DNA of 33,430 bases from a virus (Duplodnaviria; Caudoviricetes): positions 1 through 33,430 of the IMG/VR virus record IMGVR_UViG_3300049138_000113; one strand, given 5' to 3'. The notes below the pieces were generated by a model. The model worked only from the letters and a program-made list of their open reading frames with translations. It was not told the DNA's origin and ran no database searches. Shown here in pieces: positions 8,692-17,953 of this stretch. Positions within the stretch are counted from its first letter, which is position 1. Every line of letters begins with the position of its first letter. The translations under genes were made by a program, and so were the position numbers.

Positions 8692-8966
8692 TGCGTCCTG
8701 CCCCTATCCCTGCCGAGGCCGTATGGCCAGGCGCCCAACGCGCGGTCATCGGCCCGCCCGACGGAGACCCCACCAACCCGGACGTCGCCGCCGTCGAAGT
8801 CGTCGTCGACCAGCCCGAATCCCTCGGCGCCCTGCGGTACAGCGCGCGCTGCGTCCTGGAGCCTGGCGACCTGGAGAAGCTCGCCGATGGCGGGCACGTG
8901 TGGGTTTCGTTCTACGGGTCGATGGTGCCGTTCTGCGTGGACGTCACCGACAAGAACGGCCAGTAG
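8691..8966 (+). CDS. Hypothetical protein (91 aa)
   Basis: TGATG coupling; typical codon usage. Confidence 0.7.
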   Translation: MRPAPIPAEAVWPGAQRAVIGPPDGDPTNPDVAAVEVVVDQPESLGALRYSARCVLEPGDLEKLADGGHVWVSFYGSMVPFCVDVTDKNGQ

Positions 8967-8992
8967 CCCGAGCCCTTGAGAGGAGCGTCATC

Positions 8993-10585
8993 GTGCCGCT
9001 GCCCAGCGGTGGCGGCACCTGGCCGCCCCAACACCTCCAACCCATCTACCAGCACTACAACACCCTCGACGCCTGGTACGTCGGCGACCAAGACCGCCTC
9101 GCCGCCCTCTACGGCGACCCGCGCGGCACCGCAGCCCCCGCCAACCGCCCCTCCCAGTACCGCGGCGGCATGGTCGGCACATTCGCCCGCATGTTCTGGG
9201 GCACACCCACACCCGCCGGCGAACGCCGCACCAAACTGCATGTCCCGGTAGCGTCCGACATCTGCACCATGAGCTCGGACCTGCTTTTCAGTGAGCCGCC
9301 CAGCATCACGTGCGAGAACCCGCAGACGCAGGAACGCATCGACGAGCTCCTCCCCAGCCTGCAAGCCACGCTGCTGGAAGGCAGCGAAGTCGGCGCCGCG
9401 CTCGGCGGCTACTACCTCAGGACCGTGTGGGACACGGAAGTGGCGGAGAAGCCGTGGCTGGCCGCCGTGCACGCAGACGCCGCCGTCCCCGAATTCCGGT
9501 GGGGCCGCCTGTACGCGGTCACGTTCTGGCGGATCATCGAGCAGGACGACAAAACCTGCTACATGCACCTGGAACGGCACGAGCCCGGCGCGATCTTGAA
9601 CGCGCTCTACGTGGGCGAGATCGGTTCGCTCGGCAAGATGGTGCCGCTCACCTTGCACGCCGAGACGGCCAAGATGCAGCCGTCCATCCCGACCAGGCTG
9701 GAAAGATGCACAGCCCAGTACGTGCCCAACATGAGGCCCAATCGGGTGTGGCGGAACTTCCCTGCCGGCGCCTCCCTCGGCCGCAGCGACTTCGACGGCC
9801 CAGTGCTGGGCATGATGGACGCCTTGGATGAGGTGTGGACCTCTTGGATGCGGGACATCCGCATCGGCAAAGGCCGCGTCCACGTCCCCTCTTCCTACCT
9901 GCAGTCGAACGGCAAGGGGCAGGGCGCCCACTGGGATCCCGACCGGGAAATCTATGAGGCGCTCAACGTGCTCGGCGGCGACGACCGCATGGAGCTGACC
10001 GCCACCCAGTTCGCCATCCGCGTCGTCGAGCACCGCGACACCTCCGCCGAACTCCTGGCCAACATCCTGCGGGCGACCGGCTACTCGGCCCAGAGCTTCG
10101 GGCTCAGCGGTGAGGTGGCCGTCACAGCCACCGAGGTCTCGGCGAAGGAGCGCCGCTCCATCATCACGCGCGGTCGCAAAGCGCTCTACACCGCCCCCGA
10201 GCTCGCCGAGGCGATCGAAACCCTGCTGGAGCTGGAAGCGTCGCTCGGCTTCGAGGGCGCCGTCACGCCGGAGCTGCCTACCGTCGTCTTCGGCGACTCC
10301 GTCTCACCCGACATCATGCAGCTCGCCCAGACGGCCGAGCTCATGCGAAGGGCCGAGGCCGCCTCCGACGAGACCCTGGTCAGGCTTCTCCACCCCGACT
10401 GGGATGAGGAGCAGATCCAAGCCGAAGTCGACGCCATCGCCGACGCGCGGCCGGACCCGATGGAGGATCCGTTCGCGCTGCCCGGGGAGATGGTGGGCGA
10501 GGACGGGGAGCCCGTCGACCCCGAAGACCCGAAGGCCAAGGACCCGAAGGCGAAGGCCCCGCCGCCGCCCGCGCGTGAGGAGTAG
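8993..10585 (+). CDS. Portal protein (SPP1 gp6/A118-like)
   Basis: GTG 8993 after AGGAG; KLHVPVASDICTMSSDLLFSEPP, YVPNMRPNR, GRSDF, TATEV, LLHPDWDEEQI; lies after terL. Confidence 0.9.
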   Translation: MPLPSGGGTWPPQHLQPIYQHYNTLDAWYVGDQDRLAALYGDPRGTAAPANRPSQYRGGMVGTFARMFWGTPTPAGERRTKLHVPVASDICTMSSDLLFSEPPSITCENPQTQERIDELLPSLQATLLEGSEVGAALGGYYLRTVWDTEVAEKPWLAAVHADAAVPEFRWGRLYAVTFWRIIEQDDKTCYMHLERHEPGAILNALYVGEIGSLGKMVPLTLHAETAKMQPSIPTRLERCTAQYVPNMRPNRVWRNFPAGASLGRSDFDGPVLGMMDALDEVWTSWMRDIRIGKGRVHVPSSYLQSNGKGQGAHWDPDREIYEALNVLGGDDRMELTATQFAIRVVEHRDTSAELLANILRATGYSAQSFGLSGEVAVTATEVSAKERRSIITRGRKALYTAPELAEAIETLLELEASLGFEGAVTPELPTVVFGDSVSPDIMQLAQTAELMRRAEAASDETLVRLLHPDWDEEQIQAEVDAIADARPDPMEDPFALPGEMVGEDGEPVDPEDPKAKDPKAKAPPPPAREE

Positions 10586-10588
10586 CCG

Positions 10589-10708
10589 ATGGCAAGGTAC
10601 CGTACGTCCCGCAACATCGCCGAGCTGCTCGGCATCCCTCTCGATGACCCGGACATAGAACTGGAGCCGGAGGAGGGGCAGGACGGGCCGTCCGAGCGTG
10701 AGGAATGA
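10589..10708 (+). CDS. Micro-ORF (39 aa, MARYRTSRNIAELLGIPLDDPDIELEPEE...)
   Basis: RBS GAGGAG, ATG 4 nt after the portal stop; below the ORF-track cutoff. Confidence 0.5.
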   Translation: MARYRTSRNIAELLGIPLDDPDIELEPEEGQDGPSEREE

Positions 10709-10857
10709 TGGGCGGCATGCTGTACAAGGTCACCTTCATCCGCCATGGCGGTCCTGACGAGCTGGTCTTCGCCTGCCAGGAGGACGCCGAGACGTTCGCC
10801 AAATGGCTGGAACCTTCCAGTGCCGGAATCGATCCGGAGGTCACTGAAGTGCCGTAA
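10705..10857 (+). CDS. Micro-ORF (about 50 aa, MMGGMLYKVTFIRHGGPDELVFACQEDAETFAKWLE...)
   Basis: ATGA overlap with the previous stop; RBS GAGGA; GC3 bias. Confidence 0.5.
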   Translation: MMGGMLYKVTFIRHGGPDELVFACQEDAETFAKWLEPSSAGIDPEVTEVP

Positions 10858-10878
10858 CGCAGCGAGGAGGTCCTCCTC

Positions 10879-13188
10879 GTGGCTGTCGACCAGGACCTCC
10901 TCGACTCCATCGCCTCGACGATCGCCGACCTGTACCGCGAGGTCGAGACGGCGATCGTCCGCACGGTGGCGCAACGCCTGCGCAAGGATCTTCCCCTCCC
11001 GTCCCCGTTTCAGGAGGGGAAGCTTGACGCCATCCGCCAGCTGCAGACGAGCGCGGCGCGGATCCTGGCCAAACTCCAGCAGGCCAGGGCGGGGATCATC
11101 CGTGACGCGGTCGCCCGCGCGTACAGGTCCGGCTCGGATGCCGCGATCGTGGATCTGCCCGCATCGTGGGACCCGAGCATCGGCCAGGCCGCACGCCGGG
11201 CCACCTCGGTCGTCCCGAACGCGCGTCTGCTCGAGAACCTGGCGGCCGCGCTGCACCGCGACATCGGCAGGGTGGATCAGAACATCCTGCGCGCTCCCGT
11301 TGACGCGTATCGCGCCGTCCAGGCCGGGGCCGCCGCCCGCATCGCCTCCGGCGCATACACGCGCCGTGAGGCTTCGCAGGCCGTCTGGCAACGGTTGATC
11401 GACCGGGGCATCACCAGCTTCACCGACCGGTCCGGCCGCACCTGGAAGCTCAGCAGCTACGTCGAGATGATGGGCCGCACCAACATCCAGAGGGCGGCCA
11501 TCCAAGGCCAGACCGACCGCCTGCAGTCGCTCGGCATCGACCTCGTATACATCAGCGACAACGTGCAGGAATGCCGCGTGTGCAGGCCCTTCGAGTCGAA
11601 GGTGCTCAGGCGTGACCTCGGACCGACCGGAGACATCCAGGTCGAGCACGCCACCCGCGACAACGAGCTCGTCACCGTGCACGTGGTCGACACGATGGCC
11701 GGCGCCATGGCGCGCGGACTCTTCCACCCGAACTGCAGGCACAGCGCCAGCGCCTACCTGCCCGGCGTGACCCGGCTGAAGAAGGGCACCGCCGACCCCG
11801 AAGGCGACAAGGCCCGCCAGAAGCAGCGCTACCTCGAACGCAAGATCCGCGCGGCGAAAGAGCAGGCCATCGGCGCGCTCACCCCCGAAGCCAAGAAGGA
11901 CGCCACCGCGGGCGTGCGCGCCGCCCAAGCCGCCCTGCGCGCCCACCTCGCCGCCCACCCGGCGCTGAAGAGGTTGCCGTACCGGGAGCAGATCGGCGCC
12001 GGCAACATCCCCAAGGGCGACGCCCCCGGCGGGCCCGTCAGCGGCCTCCAACCGCCCGCACAGCCCGACCCGGACGCCGCGGCGAAGGCCTCCGCCGACC
12101 GCCAGGCCGCCGAGCAGAAGGCCAGGCAGGAAGCCGAAGAGCAGGCCCGCAAGGAGGCGGAAGCCAAGGCAGCCGCTGAGGAGAAGGCGCGTCGTGAGGC
12201 TGAGGAGGCCGCCCGGCAGGCCGCGATCGAACAGGCCAAGCGGGAAGCCGCAGAGGAGAAGGCGCGCAAGGAAGCCCAGGAAAAGACCGAGAAGCCGAAG
12301 GCCTCCCAGACCGCCAAGCCCGGCAAGAAGATCGGCGTCGACTCCCGCAACGCCGCACTCCACATCGGCGACGACGTCACCGTCTCCGGCCAGCCCGGAC
12401 GCGTCATCGGCAAGGGCAAACACGGCGCCATCACCGTCGAAGTGGCCGGCCAGCAGCGGGACGTGTCACCGATGACCGTCCGGTCCACGCGCCCCGCCGA
12501 CGCCTCCGAGCAAGCAGCCTCGGCGGCACGCAAGGCGGCGATCGAGAAGCAGGCCGCCACGGCAGCGAAGGTCGAAGCCCTGCAAGCCCGCTACGGCGAC
12601 CGCCTCAAAATCCAGCACGCCACACGGCTCGGGCCGCGGCACGCCGCAGACTTCGCGAAGATCCCCGACGCCATCCACGATGTGCTCGCCGGGCATGTGC
12701 TTCGCGTAGACCTCGGCGAAGGCGCCATCACCGACTTCATGCCAGAGCTGCGCGCCCAAGCGCCGCGCGGCTGGACCTCGGGAACGATGGATGATGTGCC
12801 CGCCGCGTACGTGGGCGAGACCCGGCACATCATCGTCGGCGGCGGCCACGGGTTCGCGTCGGCGTCAACCTCGACGGCAGCACACGAGTCGGGCCACGCA
12901 CTCGACCACGCGCTGGGGATCGCCTCCACACGGGCGGACTTCCAAGCGCTGCACGCGGCCGCCCTGTCCCAAGGCGTCAGGCCGTACTACTCGCAGGCCG
13001 GCCACGCAGGCCTGTCGGAGATGTTCGCCGAGAGCTTCGCCGCCTGGGTCCTGCACCGAGACGACCCTCCCGCCGCCCGGGACGTCGCGGTCGGCCAAGC
13101 CATCGGCGTCCCGGCCGCGACCGCCGGCGGGATCGGCGGCCGCTTATCCGCGTACTTCAGTAACCTGCTCTCAACGCTGGAACGCTGA
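10879..13188 (+). CDS. MuF-type minor capsid protein (Phage_min_cap2) with charged linker and C-terminal zinc metallopeptidase domain
   Basis: GITSFTDRSGRTWKLSSYVEM, C..CRPFE, GLFHPNCRH, QKQRYLERKIR; HESGHALDH at 12883 and downstream EMFAESF. Confidence 0.85.
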   Translation: MAVDQDLLDSIASTIADLYREVETAIVRTVAQRLRKDLPLPSPFQEGKLDAIRQLQTSAARILAKLQQARAGIIRDAVARAYRSGSDAAIVDLPASWDPSIGQAARRATSVVPNARLLENLAAALHRDIGRVDQNILRAPVDAYRAVQAGAAARIASGAYTRREASQAVWQRLIDRGITSFTDRSGRTWKLSSYVEMMGRTNIQRAAIQGQTDRLQSLGIDLVYISDNVQECRVCRPFESKVLRRDLGPTGDIQVEHATRDNELVTVHVVDTMAGAMARGLFHPNCRHSASAYLPGVTRLKKGTADPEGDKARQKQRYLERKIRAAKEQAIGALTPEAKKDATAGVRAAQAALRAHLAAHPALKRLPYREQIGAGNIPKGDAPGGPVSGLQPPAQPDPDAAAKASADRQAAEQKARQEAEEQARKEAEAKAAAEEKARREAEEAARQAAIEQAKREAAEEKARKEAQEKTEKPKASQTAKPGKKIGVDSRNAALHIGDDVTVSGQPGRVIGKGKHGAITVEVAGQQRDVSPMTVRSTRPADASEQAASAARKAAIEKQAATAAKVEALQARYGDRLKIQHATRLGPRHAADFAKIPDAIHDVLAGHVLRVDLGEGAITDFMPELRAQAPRGWTSGTMDDVPAAYVGETRHIIVGGGHGFASASTSTAAHESGHALDHALGIASTRADFQALHAAALSQGVRPYYSQAGHAGLSEMFAESFAAWVLHRDDPPAARDVAVGQAIGVPAATAGGIGGRLSAYFSNLLSTLER

Positions 13189-13212
13189 ACCCGAGAGTCT
13201 GGAGTGCAGCTG

Positions 13213-13368
13213 GTGGATGCCACCCGCAACGCCGACGGCACCATCACCATCCCCCGACGCGCCGAAGGGCCCGGCGGGCTCATCGGAGACGCGATGGTCA
13301 CCATCGGCCCAGACGATCCCGAGTACGCCGCCTGGGACGCATGGTTCAAGAGCCAAGACGCGACCTAG
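13213..13368 (+). CDS. Small acidic protein (51 aa), candidate immunity protein
   Basis: GGAG 8 nt before GTG; MDATRNADGTITIPRRAEGPGGLIGDAMVTIGPDDPEYAAWDAWFKSQDAT; lies between the MuF gene and a terminator. Confidence 0.65.
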   Translation: MDATRNADGTITIPRRAEGPGGLIGDAMVTIGPDDPEYAAWDAWFKSQDAT

Positions 13369-13382
13369 ATCTTTCCCCCTGT

Positions 13383-13408
13383 AGGCCCGCCTGGTGCGGG
13401 CCTTTTTC
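13383..13408 (+). terminator. Rho-independent terminator
   Basis: AGGCCCGC-ctggt-GCGGGCCT followed by TTTT. Confidence 0.8.
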
Positions 13409-13524
13409 ATGCCCGCACACTTCCGCCGCACCATCGCGGCGGCGCCCCGTCCCGCGAGATGCGAGACGGGAATCCGGCATGCCCGGCGTGACGCCCGGCA
13501 TCCCACCTGAAGGAGCGCAGCCGC

Positions 13525-14124
13525 ATGGCTGACGACGACACCACCACCGACGACACCAACGCGCAGGACACGACCGGCGTGGTAGACGAGACGTCCACCG
13601 ACACCGACGACCTGGCCCGGCTGAAGTCGGCGCTCGCCTCCGAACGCGAGCAGCGCAAGGCCTTCGAGAAGCAGGCCAAGGCCAACAGCAAGGCGGCCGA
13701 GGAACTGCAGAAGACGCGCGAATCCGCGATGTCGGAGACGGAGAAGGCCGTCGCCGCGGCCAAGGCTGAAGGCCGTACTGAGGCCGCGCGCGAGCACGGC
13801 CGCACCCTGGCCGAAGCCAAGTTCGACGCCGCCCTCGCCCGCAAGGGGCTCGACCTGGGCCCGGCCGCCGACCTCATCGACAAGACACGGTTCGTCGCCG
13901 ACGACGGCAGCGTCGACGCCGACGCCATCAAAAAGGCCGTCGACCAGCTGGCCAAGCTCGCCCCCAAGGGGGCCGGCACCAGCGGCGGCGACTTCGGCGG
14001 CGGCAACGGATCCGGCACCCCCGCCAAAAGCCTCGACGAGCAGATCGCCGAAGCCGAAAAGGCACGCAATCACCGGCTGGCCATCAGCCTCAAGCGGCAG
14101 AAAGCCGCACTCACACCGCAGTAA
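13525..14124 (+). CDS. Capsid scaffolding protein
   Basis: Acidic N-terminus, coiled coil, MSETEKAVAAAKAEG; RBS AAGGAG; precedes the MCP. Confidence 0.85.
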   Translation: MADDDTTTDDTNAQDTTGVVDETSTDTDDLARLKSALASEREQRKAFEKQAKANSKAAEELQKTRESAMSETEKAVAAAKAEGRTEAAREHGRTLAEAKFDAALARKGLDLGPAADLIDKTRFVADDGSVDADAIKKAVDQLAKLAPKGAGTSGGDFGGGNGSGTPAKSLDEQIAEAEKARNHRLAISLKRQKAALTPQ

Positions 14125-14144
14125 CGATCATCTAGGAGACGACA

Positions 14145-15359
14145 ATGGCGGGCTCTGTTACCGGCATCGCAACCACGTTCGGGCTTCCGAACTACCACGG
14201 CCAGCTGTTCAGCCTGACGCCGGAGGAGACCCCGCTGCTGTCCGCGATCGGCGGACTGACCGGCGGCGGCCAGACCGACGCCACCGAATTCGAGTGGCAG
14301 TCCTACGACCTGCGGGACCCGGCGCAGCGGACCAAGGTGGAAGGCGCGGACGCGCCGACCGCTGAGGAGCGGGTGCGCGGCAACGTCCGCAACGTGGTCC
14401 AGATCCACCAGGAGACGGTGTCCGTCTCGTACACGAAGATGGCCGCCACCGGGCAGATCGCCACCCCGCAGTCGGCACCGTACACCGGCGTCCCCGGGTC
14501 GAACCCGGTCGTCTCGGAGATGGACTGGCAGGTCGAGCAGGCGCTCAAGAGCATCGCTCTCGACGTCAACTACTCGTTCATCAACGGCGTGTTCAACAAC
14601 CCGACCACGAACGCGACCGCGCGGAAGACGCGCGGCCTGCTGCAGGCGATCACCACCAACGCCGTCTCGAAGGCCACCTCGACCATCACCGGCCTGTCTT
14701 CGGCGACGGACACGATCACCGAGACGGCGACCGGCCTGGCCGACGGCGACAAGATCGTGTTCACCTCGACCGGGGACGCGACCAACATCGTGGCCGGCCG
14801 CACCTACTACGTGGTCAGCAAGGCGACGAACACGTTCAAGGTTGCCGCCACTTCGGGCGGCACCGCGATCACGCTCGGCACCTCCACCTCCAACATCAAC
14901 TACATCAAGCCGTGGACGACCGCGCTGACGACCACGCACATCGACGACCTCGCCCAGCAGGTGTTCGACAACGGCGGCCTGTCCGAGCAGGCGACCGCCA
15001 CCATCCTGGTCAACAGCGTGCAGAAGCGGGCGATCACCCGCGCGTACGCCGAGGCCGGGGTGAAGATCACCTACGTCGACCAGAGCAGGACGATGGGCGG
15101 CGTCACCGTCGACACCGTCATCACCGACTTCGGCCGGTTCAACATCATGCTCGACAGGCACATGCCCAGAGATGCGATGGCGATCGTCTCCATGGAGATG
15201 CTGAAGCCCGTCCTGCTGTCCGTGCCCGGGAAGGGCGTCTTCTTCGAGGAGCCCCTCGCCAAGACCGGCGCCTCGGAGAAGACAATGCTGTACGGCGAGA
15301 TCGGCCTGGAGTACGGCGTGGAGAAGGCGCACGGCCTGTACCGGGGTCTCGCCGTCTGA
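14145..15359 (+). CDS. Major capsid protein (DUF5309/SU10-like) with internal beta-rich insertion
   Basis: LPNYHGQLFSLTPEETPLLSAIGGL, NVVQIHQETVSVSYTK, TDFGRFNIMLDRHMP, LAKTG...YGEIGLEYG. Confidence 0.9.
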   Translation: MAGSVTGIATTFGLPNYHGQLFSLTPEETPLLSAIGGLTGGGQTDATEFEWQSYDLRDPAQRTKVEGADAPTAEERVRGNVRNVVQIHQETVSVSYTKMAATGQIATPQSAPYTGVPGSNPVVSEMDWQVEQALKSIALDVNYSFINGVFNNPTTNATARKTRGLLQAITTNAVSKATSTITGLSSATDTITETATGLADGDKIVFTSTGDATNIVAGRTYYVVSKATNTFKVAATSGGTAITLGTSTSNINYIKPWTTALTTTHIDDLAQQVFDNGGLSEQATATILVNSVQKRAITRAYAEAGVKITYVDQSRTMGGVTVDTVITDFGRFNIMLDRHMPRDAMAIVSMEMLKPVLLSVPGKGVFFEEPLAKTGASEKTMLYGEIGLEYGVEKAHGLYRGLAV

Positions 15360-15571
15360 TGCCCCTCTACGAGCGGTTCGTCGACGGCGTGAAAGTCGGG
15401 CGCGCGTTCACCGTCGACGGCTCCGAGGATGACGTCCGCCACGCTGCTCTCGCCGCATCCGGTGAGGGCGGCTGGCGGGCCGCAAACGTGGACGGGGGCG
15501 GGAACCACGGGCCCGCCCCCGCCACCCCCACACCGCGCTCGAAGCAGCGCACCAAGCCGAAGGAGGCGTAG
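15359..15571 (+). CDS. Small virion-associated hypothetical protein (70 aa)
   Basis: TGATG coupling to the MCP; basic C-terminus. Confidence 0.65.
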   Translation: MPLYERFVDGVKVGRAFTVDGSEDDVRHAALAASGEGGWRAANVDGGGNHGPAPATPTPRSKQRTKPKEA

Positions 15572-15574
15572 CCG

Positions 15575-15925
15575 ATGGCGCGCACCGCTGTCACGGTGAC
15601 CACGCTGACCGAGGCCGGCATCGACCCCGGCGACGTCGACCAGGCCGCCGAAATCACCGACGGCAACTCGTTCCCGTGGGCGCCGCACCGGCTCCTGTAC
15701 GTCCTCAACGGGGATGAGGCCGCCCTCACCGTGACCGTGCCCACGCCTGGGACGGTCGGCCGGGCAGGGCTGGCGATCGCCGACACCACCATCACCATCC
15801 CCGCCGGCGAGTACCGGCTGTGCGGCCCGTTCGGGCCCGAGCACCGGCAGGCCACGGGGCTCGTCCACATCGACTATGCGGGCACCACCCCGACCGGGGT
15901 GCTCGTCGCAGTCCTGGACGCATAG
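15575..15925 (+). CDS. Virion structural protein, possibly head decoration
   Basis: RBS AAGGAGG; beta-rich; position after the MCP. Confidence 0.7.
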   Translation: MARTAVTVTTLTEAGIDPGDVDQAAEITDGNSFPWAPHRLLYVLNGDEAALTVTVPTPGTVGRAGLAIADTTITIPAGEYRLCGPFGPEHRQATGLVHIDYAGTTPTGVLVAVLDA

Positions 15926-15928
15926 GGC

Positions 15929-15974
15929 GCGCGGGCGGGCGAGGGTCTGTGAGGGTGCGCACGCCCGCCCGCGC
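15929..15974 (+). terminator. Post-capsid stem-loop
   Basis: GCGCGGGCGGGCG ... CGCCCGCCCGCGC, 13-bp stem. Confidence 0.5.
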
Positions 15975-16001
15975 ACAACCATCGAGAGGGAGGGGCAGCC
16001 G

Positions 16002-16421
16002 ATGGCGTACGCCACCGAAGCGGAGTACGAGGACGAGACCGGCACGACCGCCCCGGCCAACATCGGCCGTCTCCTCACCCTCGCCTCCCGCGACGTGGAC
16101 GCCGCGCTGATCGCGGCCGTCTACGACGTCGAGGACGGCGCAGCAACCGACGCGGCCGTCGTCACCGCGCTGAAGGAAGCCACCATTGAGCAGGCCGCCT
16201 ACTGGCTCGACACCGGGGATACGACCGGTACCGGCGGCATAGCCGCATACGGCGACGTACAGATCGGCTCCGTACGGCTCGGCCGCCCCTCGACCGGGGG
16301 GACGGGTGGAGGCTCGGCCGCCCGTCCCCTCGCACCACAAGCCCTCGCGGTGCTACAGCTGGCAGGCCTCACCGGCCATGAGCCGTACACCTACCCGGTC
16401 TGCGCGGCCGCCGATGGGTAG
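16002..16421 (+). CDS. Head-to-tail adaptor
   Basis: MAYAT.., RLLTLASRDVD, LKEATIEQAAYW, VQIGSVRL; RBS GGAGG. Confidence 0.8.
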   Translation: MAYATEAEYEDETGTTAPANIGRLLTLASRDVDAALIAAVYDVEDGAATDAAVVTALKEATIEQAAYWLDTGDTTGTGGIAAYGDVQIGSVRLGRPSTGGTGGGSAARPLAPQALAVLQLAGLTGHEPYTYPVCAAADG

Positions 16422-16728
16422 CATCCCGTCCTGGCTGCTACGCCACACCGTCAGCGTGGAGCCGTACCTGCAAGAGGGCACGTTCGGCCCCGAGTACGGG
16501 TCCGCGGTCGACGTGGCCTGCTTCGTCGACGACAAGCGGCGCCTGGTGCGCAACAAGACCGGCGAAGAAGTCGTCTCCGAGTCGACCTTCTACGCGCGGC
16601 TCGACGTCGACTGCCCGATCGACTCCCGCGTCACCGTCAACGGCCGAACCACCACGGTCCTGGCCACCGCGAGACGCGACGGCGGCGGCCTCCCCACACC
16701 CGACCACCTTGAGGTGAATCTCCAGTAG
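16414..16728 (+). CDS. Head-to-tail stopper / head closure protein
   Basis: HTVSVEPY..G..YG, RRLVRNKTGEEVVS, PDHLEVNL; synteny. Confidence 0.8.
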   Translation: MGSIPSWLLRHTVSVEPYLQEGTFGPEYGSAVDVACFVDDKRRLVRNKTGEEVVSESTFYARLDVDCPIDSRVTVNGRTTTVLATARRDGGGLPTPDHLEVNLQ

Positions 16729-16741
16729 GGAGGCGGCGGCG

Positions 16742-17092
16742 ATGGTCCAGCGCGCCAAGCTCAACCTCAACACCAAGCAGATCAAAGCGAAGCAGCGAGC
16801 CGGCGCGTTGAAAGGCCTGAAGGTCGCCTTGGAGCACCTCCTGCAGTCCAGCCGGGAACTGGTGCCGTTGGAGGAGGGCACGCTCGCACGCTCCGGCACC
16901 ACCACCGTCGATGCGGCCAACCTGCGAGGCGCTGTCTCCTACGACGGCCCGTACGCGGTCCGCCAGCATGAGGAACTCACCTGGCGGCACGACCCCGGCA
17001 AGCAGGCCAAATACTTGGAGCAGCCGCTCAACGATGAGGCCGGCACGATGCAGGAGCTGATCGCAGCCCAGATCCGGCGGAGCCTGCAATGA
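16742..17092 (+). CDS. Neck / tail completion protein (HK97 gp10-like)
   Basis: VPLEEGTLARSG, YDGPYAVRQHE, AKYLEQPL. Confidence 0.8.
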   Translation: MVQRAKLNLNTKQIKAKQRAGALKGLKVALEHLLQSSRELVPLEEGTLARSGTTTVDAANLRGAVSYDGPYAVRQHEELTWRHDPGKQAKYLEQPLNDEAGTMQELIAAQIRRSLQ

Positions 17093-17496
17093 CGCTCCTC
17101 GAAGAGTTCATCGCGCTGCTCGACCTGCTCGCCCTGGACGTCGGGCCCCGCTTCTCGGCGAAGATGCCCTCCTCCCCTGACCGGTGCGTGGTCCTGGCCC
17201 GCTACGGCGGCGACGAATCCCTGCTGGCCGACAACTACGACGAGCCCAGAATCCAGCTGCGGACGCGCGGCCCAGCGACGGACGCCCGCATAGCCGAGGC
17301 TGACGCCGAACTGCTCTACGACCACCTGAACGGGCTCGGCACGATGACGCTGCCGGGCGGCACCTGGCTGCAACTCGCCGTCGGCCTCAACGGCGGCCCC
17401 GTCTACATCGGCCAGGACGCCAACAACCGGGCCGAGTACACCGTCAACCTCCGCTGCGACGTCAGCAGGACCGCAACGAACAGGAGTAACCCGTGA
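17089..17496 (+). CDS. Tail terminator protein
   Basis: MPSSPDRCV, EPRIQLRTRG, IGQDANNRAEYTVN; precedes the major tail gene. Confidence 0.75.
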   Translation: MTLLEEFIALLDLLALDVGPRFSAKMPSSPDRCVVLARYGGDESLLADNYDEPRIQLRTRGPATDARIAEADAELLYDHLNGLGTMTLPGGTWLQLAVGLNGGPVYIGQDANNRAEYTVNLRCDVSRTATNRSNP

Positions 17497-17951
17497 CCCA
17501 GCGGAAGATCAACGCCCGGGACATCATCATCGAGGTCGAAACCGAGGTGACCGACACCTTCATCAGGATCGAAAACCTCGCCTCCGTCACCGTCAACCGC
17601 TCCGAAAACGAAGAGACCGCCGACACGACCGACTTCGACTCCGAAGGCTCATACGAGCAGCAGATCATGCAGCGCGGCGCCAACATGGCGCTCGCCGGCC
17701 TGGAGCTGAAGGACCACCTGACTGGCGTGTTGCAGCCGGGCCGCGCCCGCGTGGAGGAGATGGCCGGCGAAGACAAGGTCGGCGCAGACTCGCTCGGCCG
17801 GGTCCGCTTCCGCCACCCTGTCGACACCGACTGGAAGATCTGGACGTGCACGTTCTCCGTGGGTGAGACCGGCGGGGAGACGAACGCCAAGTCGGCGTGG
17901 TCGGCGACGATCACGAAGAGCGGGCTGACGACCACGGATTCGGTGGCCTAA
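17493..17951 (+). CDS. Major tail tube protein
   Basis: ADTTDFDSEG.EQQIMQRG, GGETNAKSAWSATITKSG; synteny. Confidence 0.85.
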   Translation: MTQRKINARDIIIEVETEVTDTFIRIENLASVTVNRSENEETADTTDFDSEGSYEQQIMQRGANMALAGLELKDHLTGVLQPGRARVEEMAGEDKVGADSLGRVRFRHPVDTDWKIWTCTFSVGETGGETNAKSAWSATITKSGLTTTDSVA

Positions 17952-17953
17952 CC

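Noticed and set aside
8723-8992. N-terminal extension of the portal
   Set aside because: Overlaps 8691-8966; the RBS supports GTG 8993
10186-12423. Long antisense ORFs (this 745-aa one, also 5399-6622, 14070-15332, 19600-21072, 29996-31825)
   Set aside because: Shadow frames of real genes in high-GC DNA; no motifs or RBS
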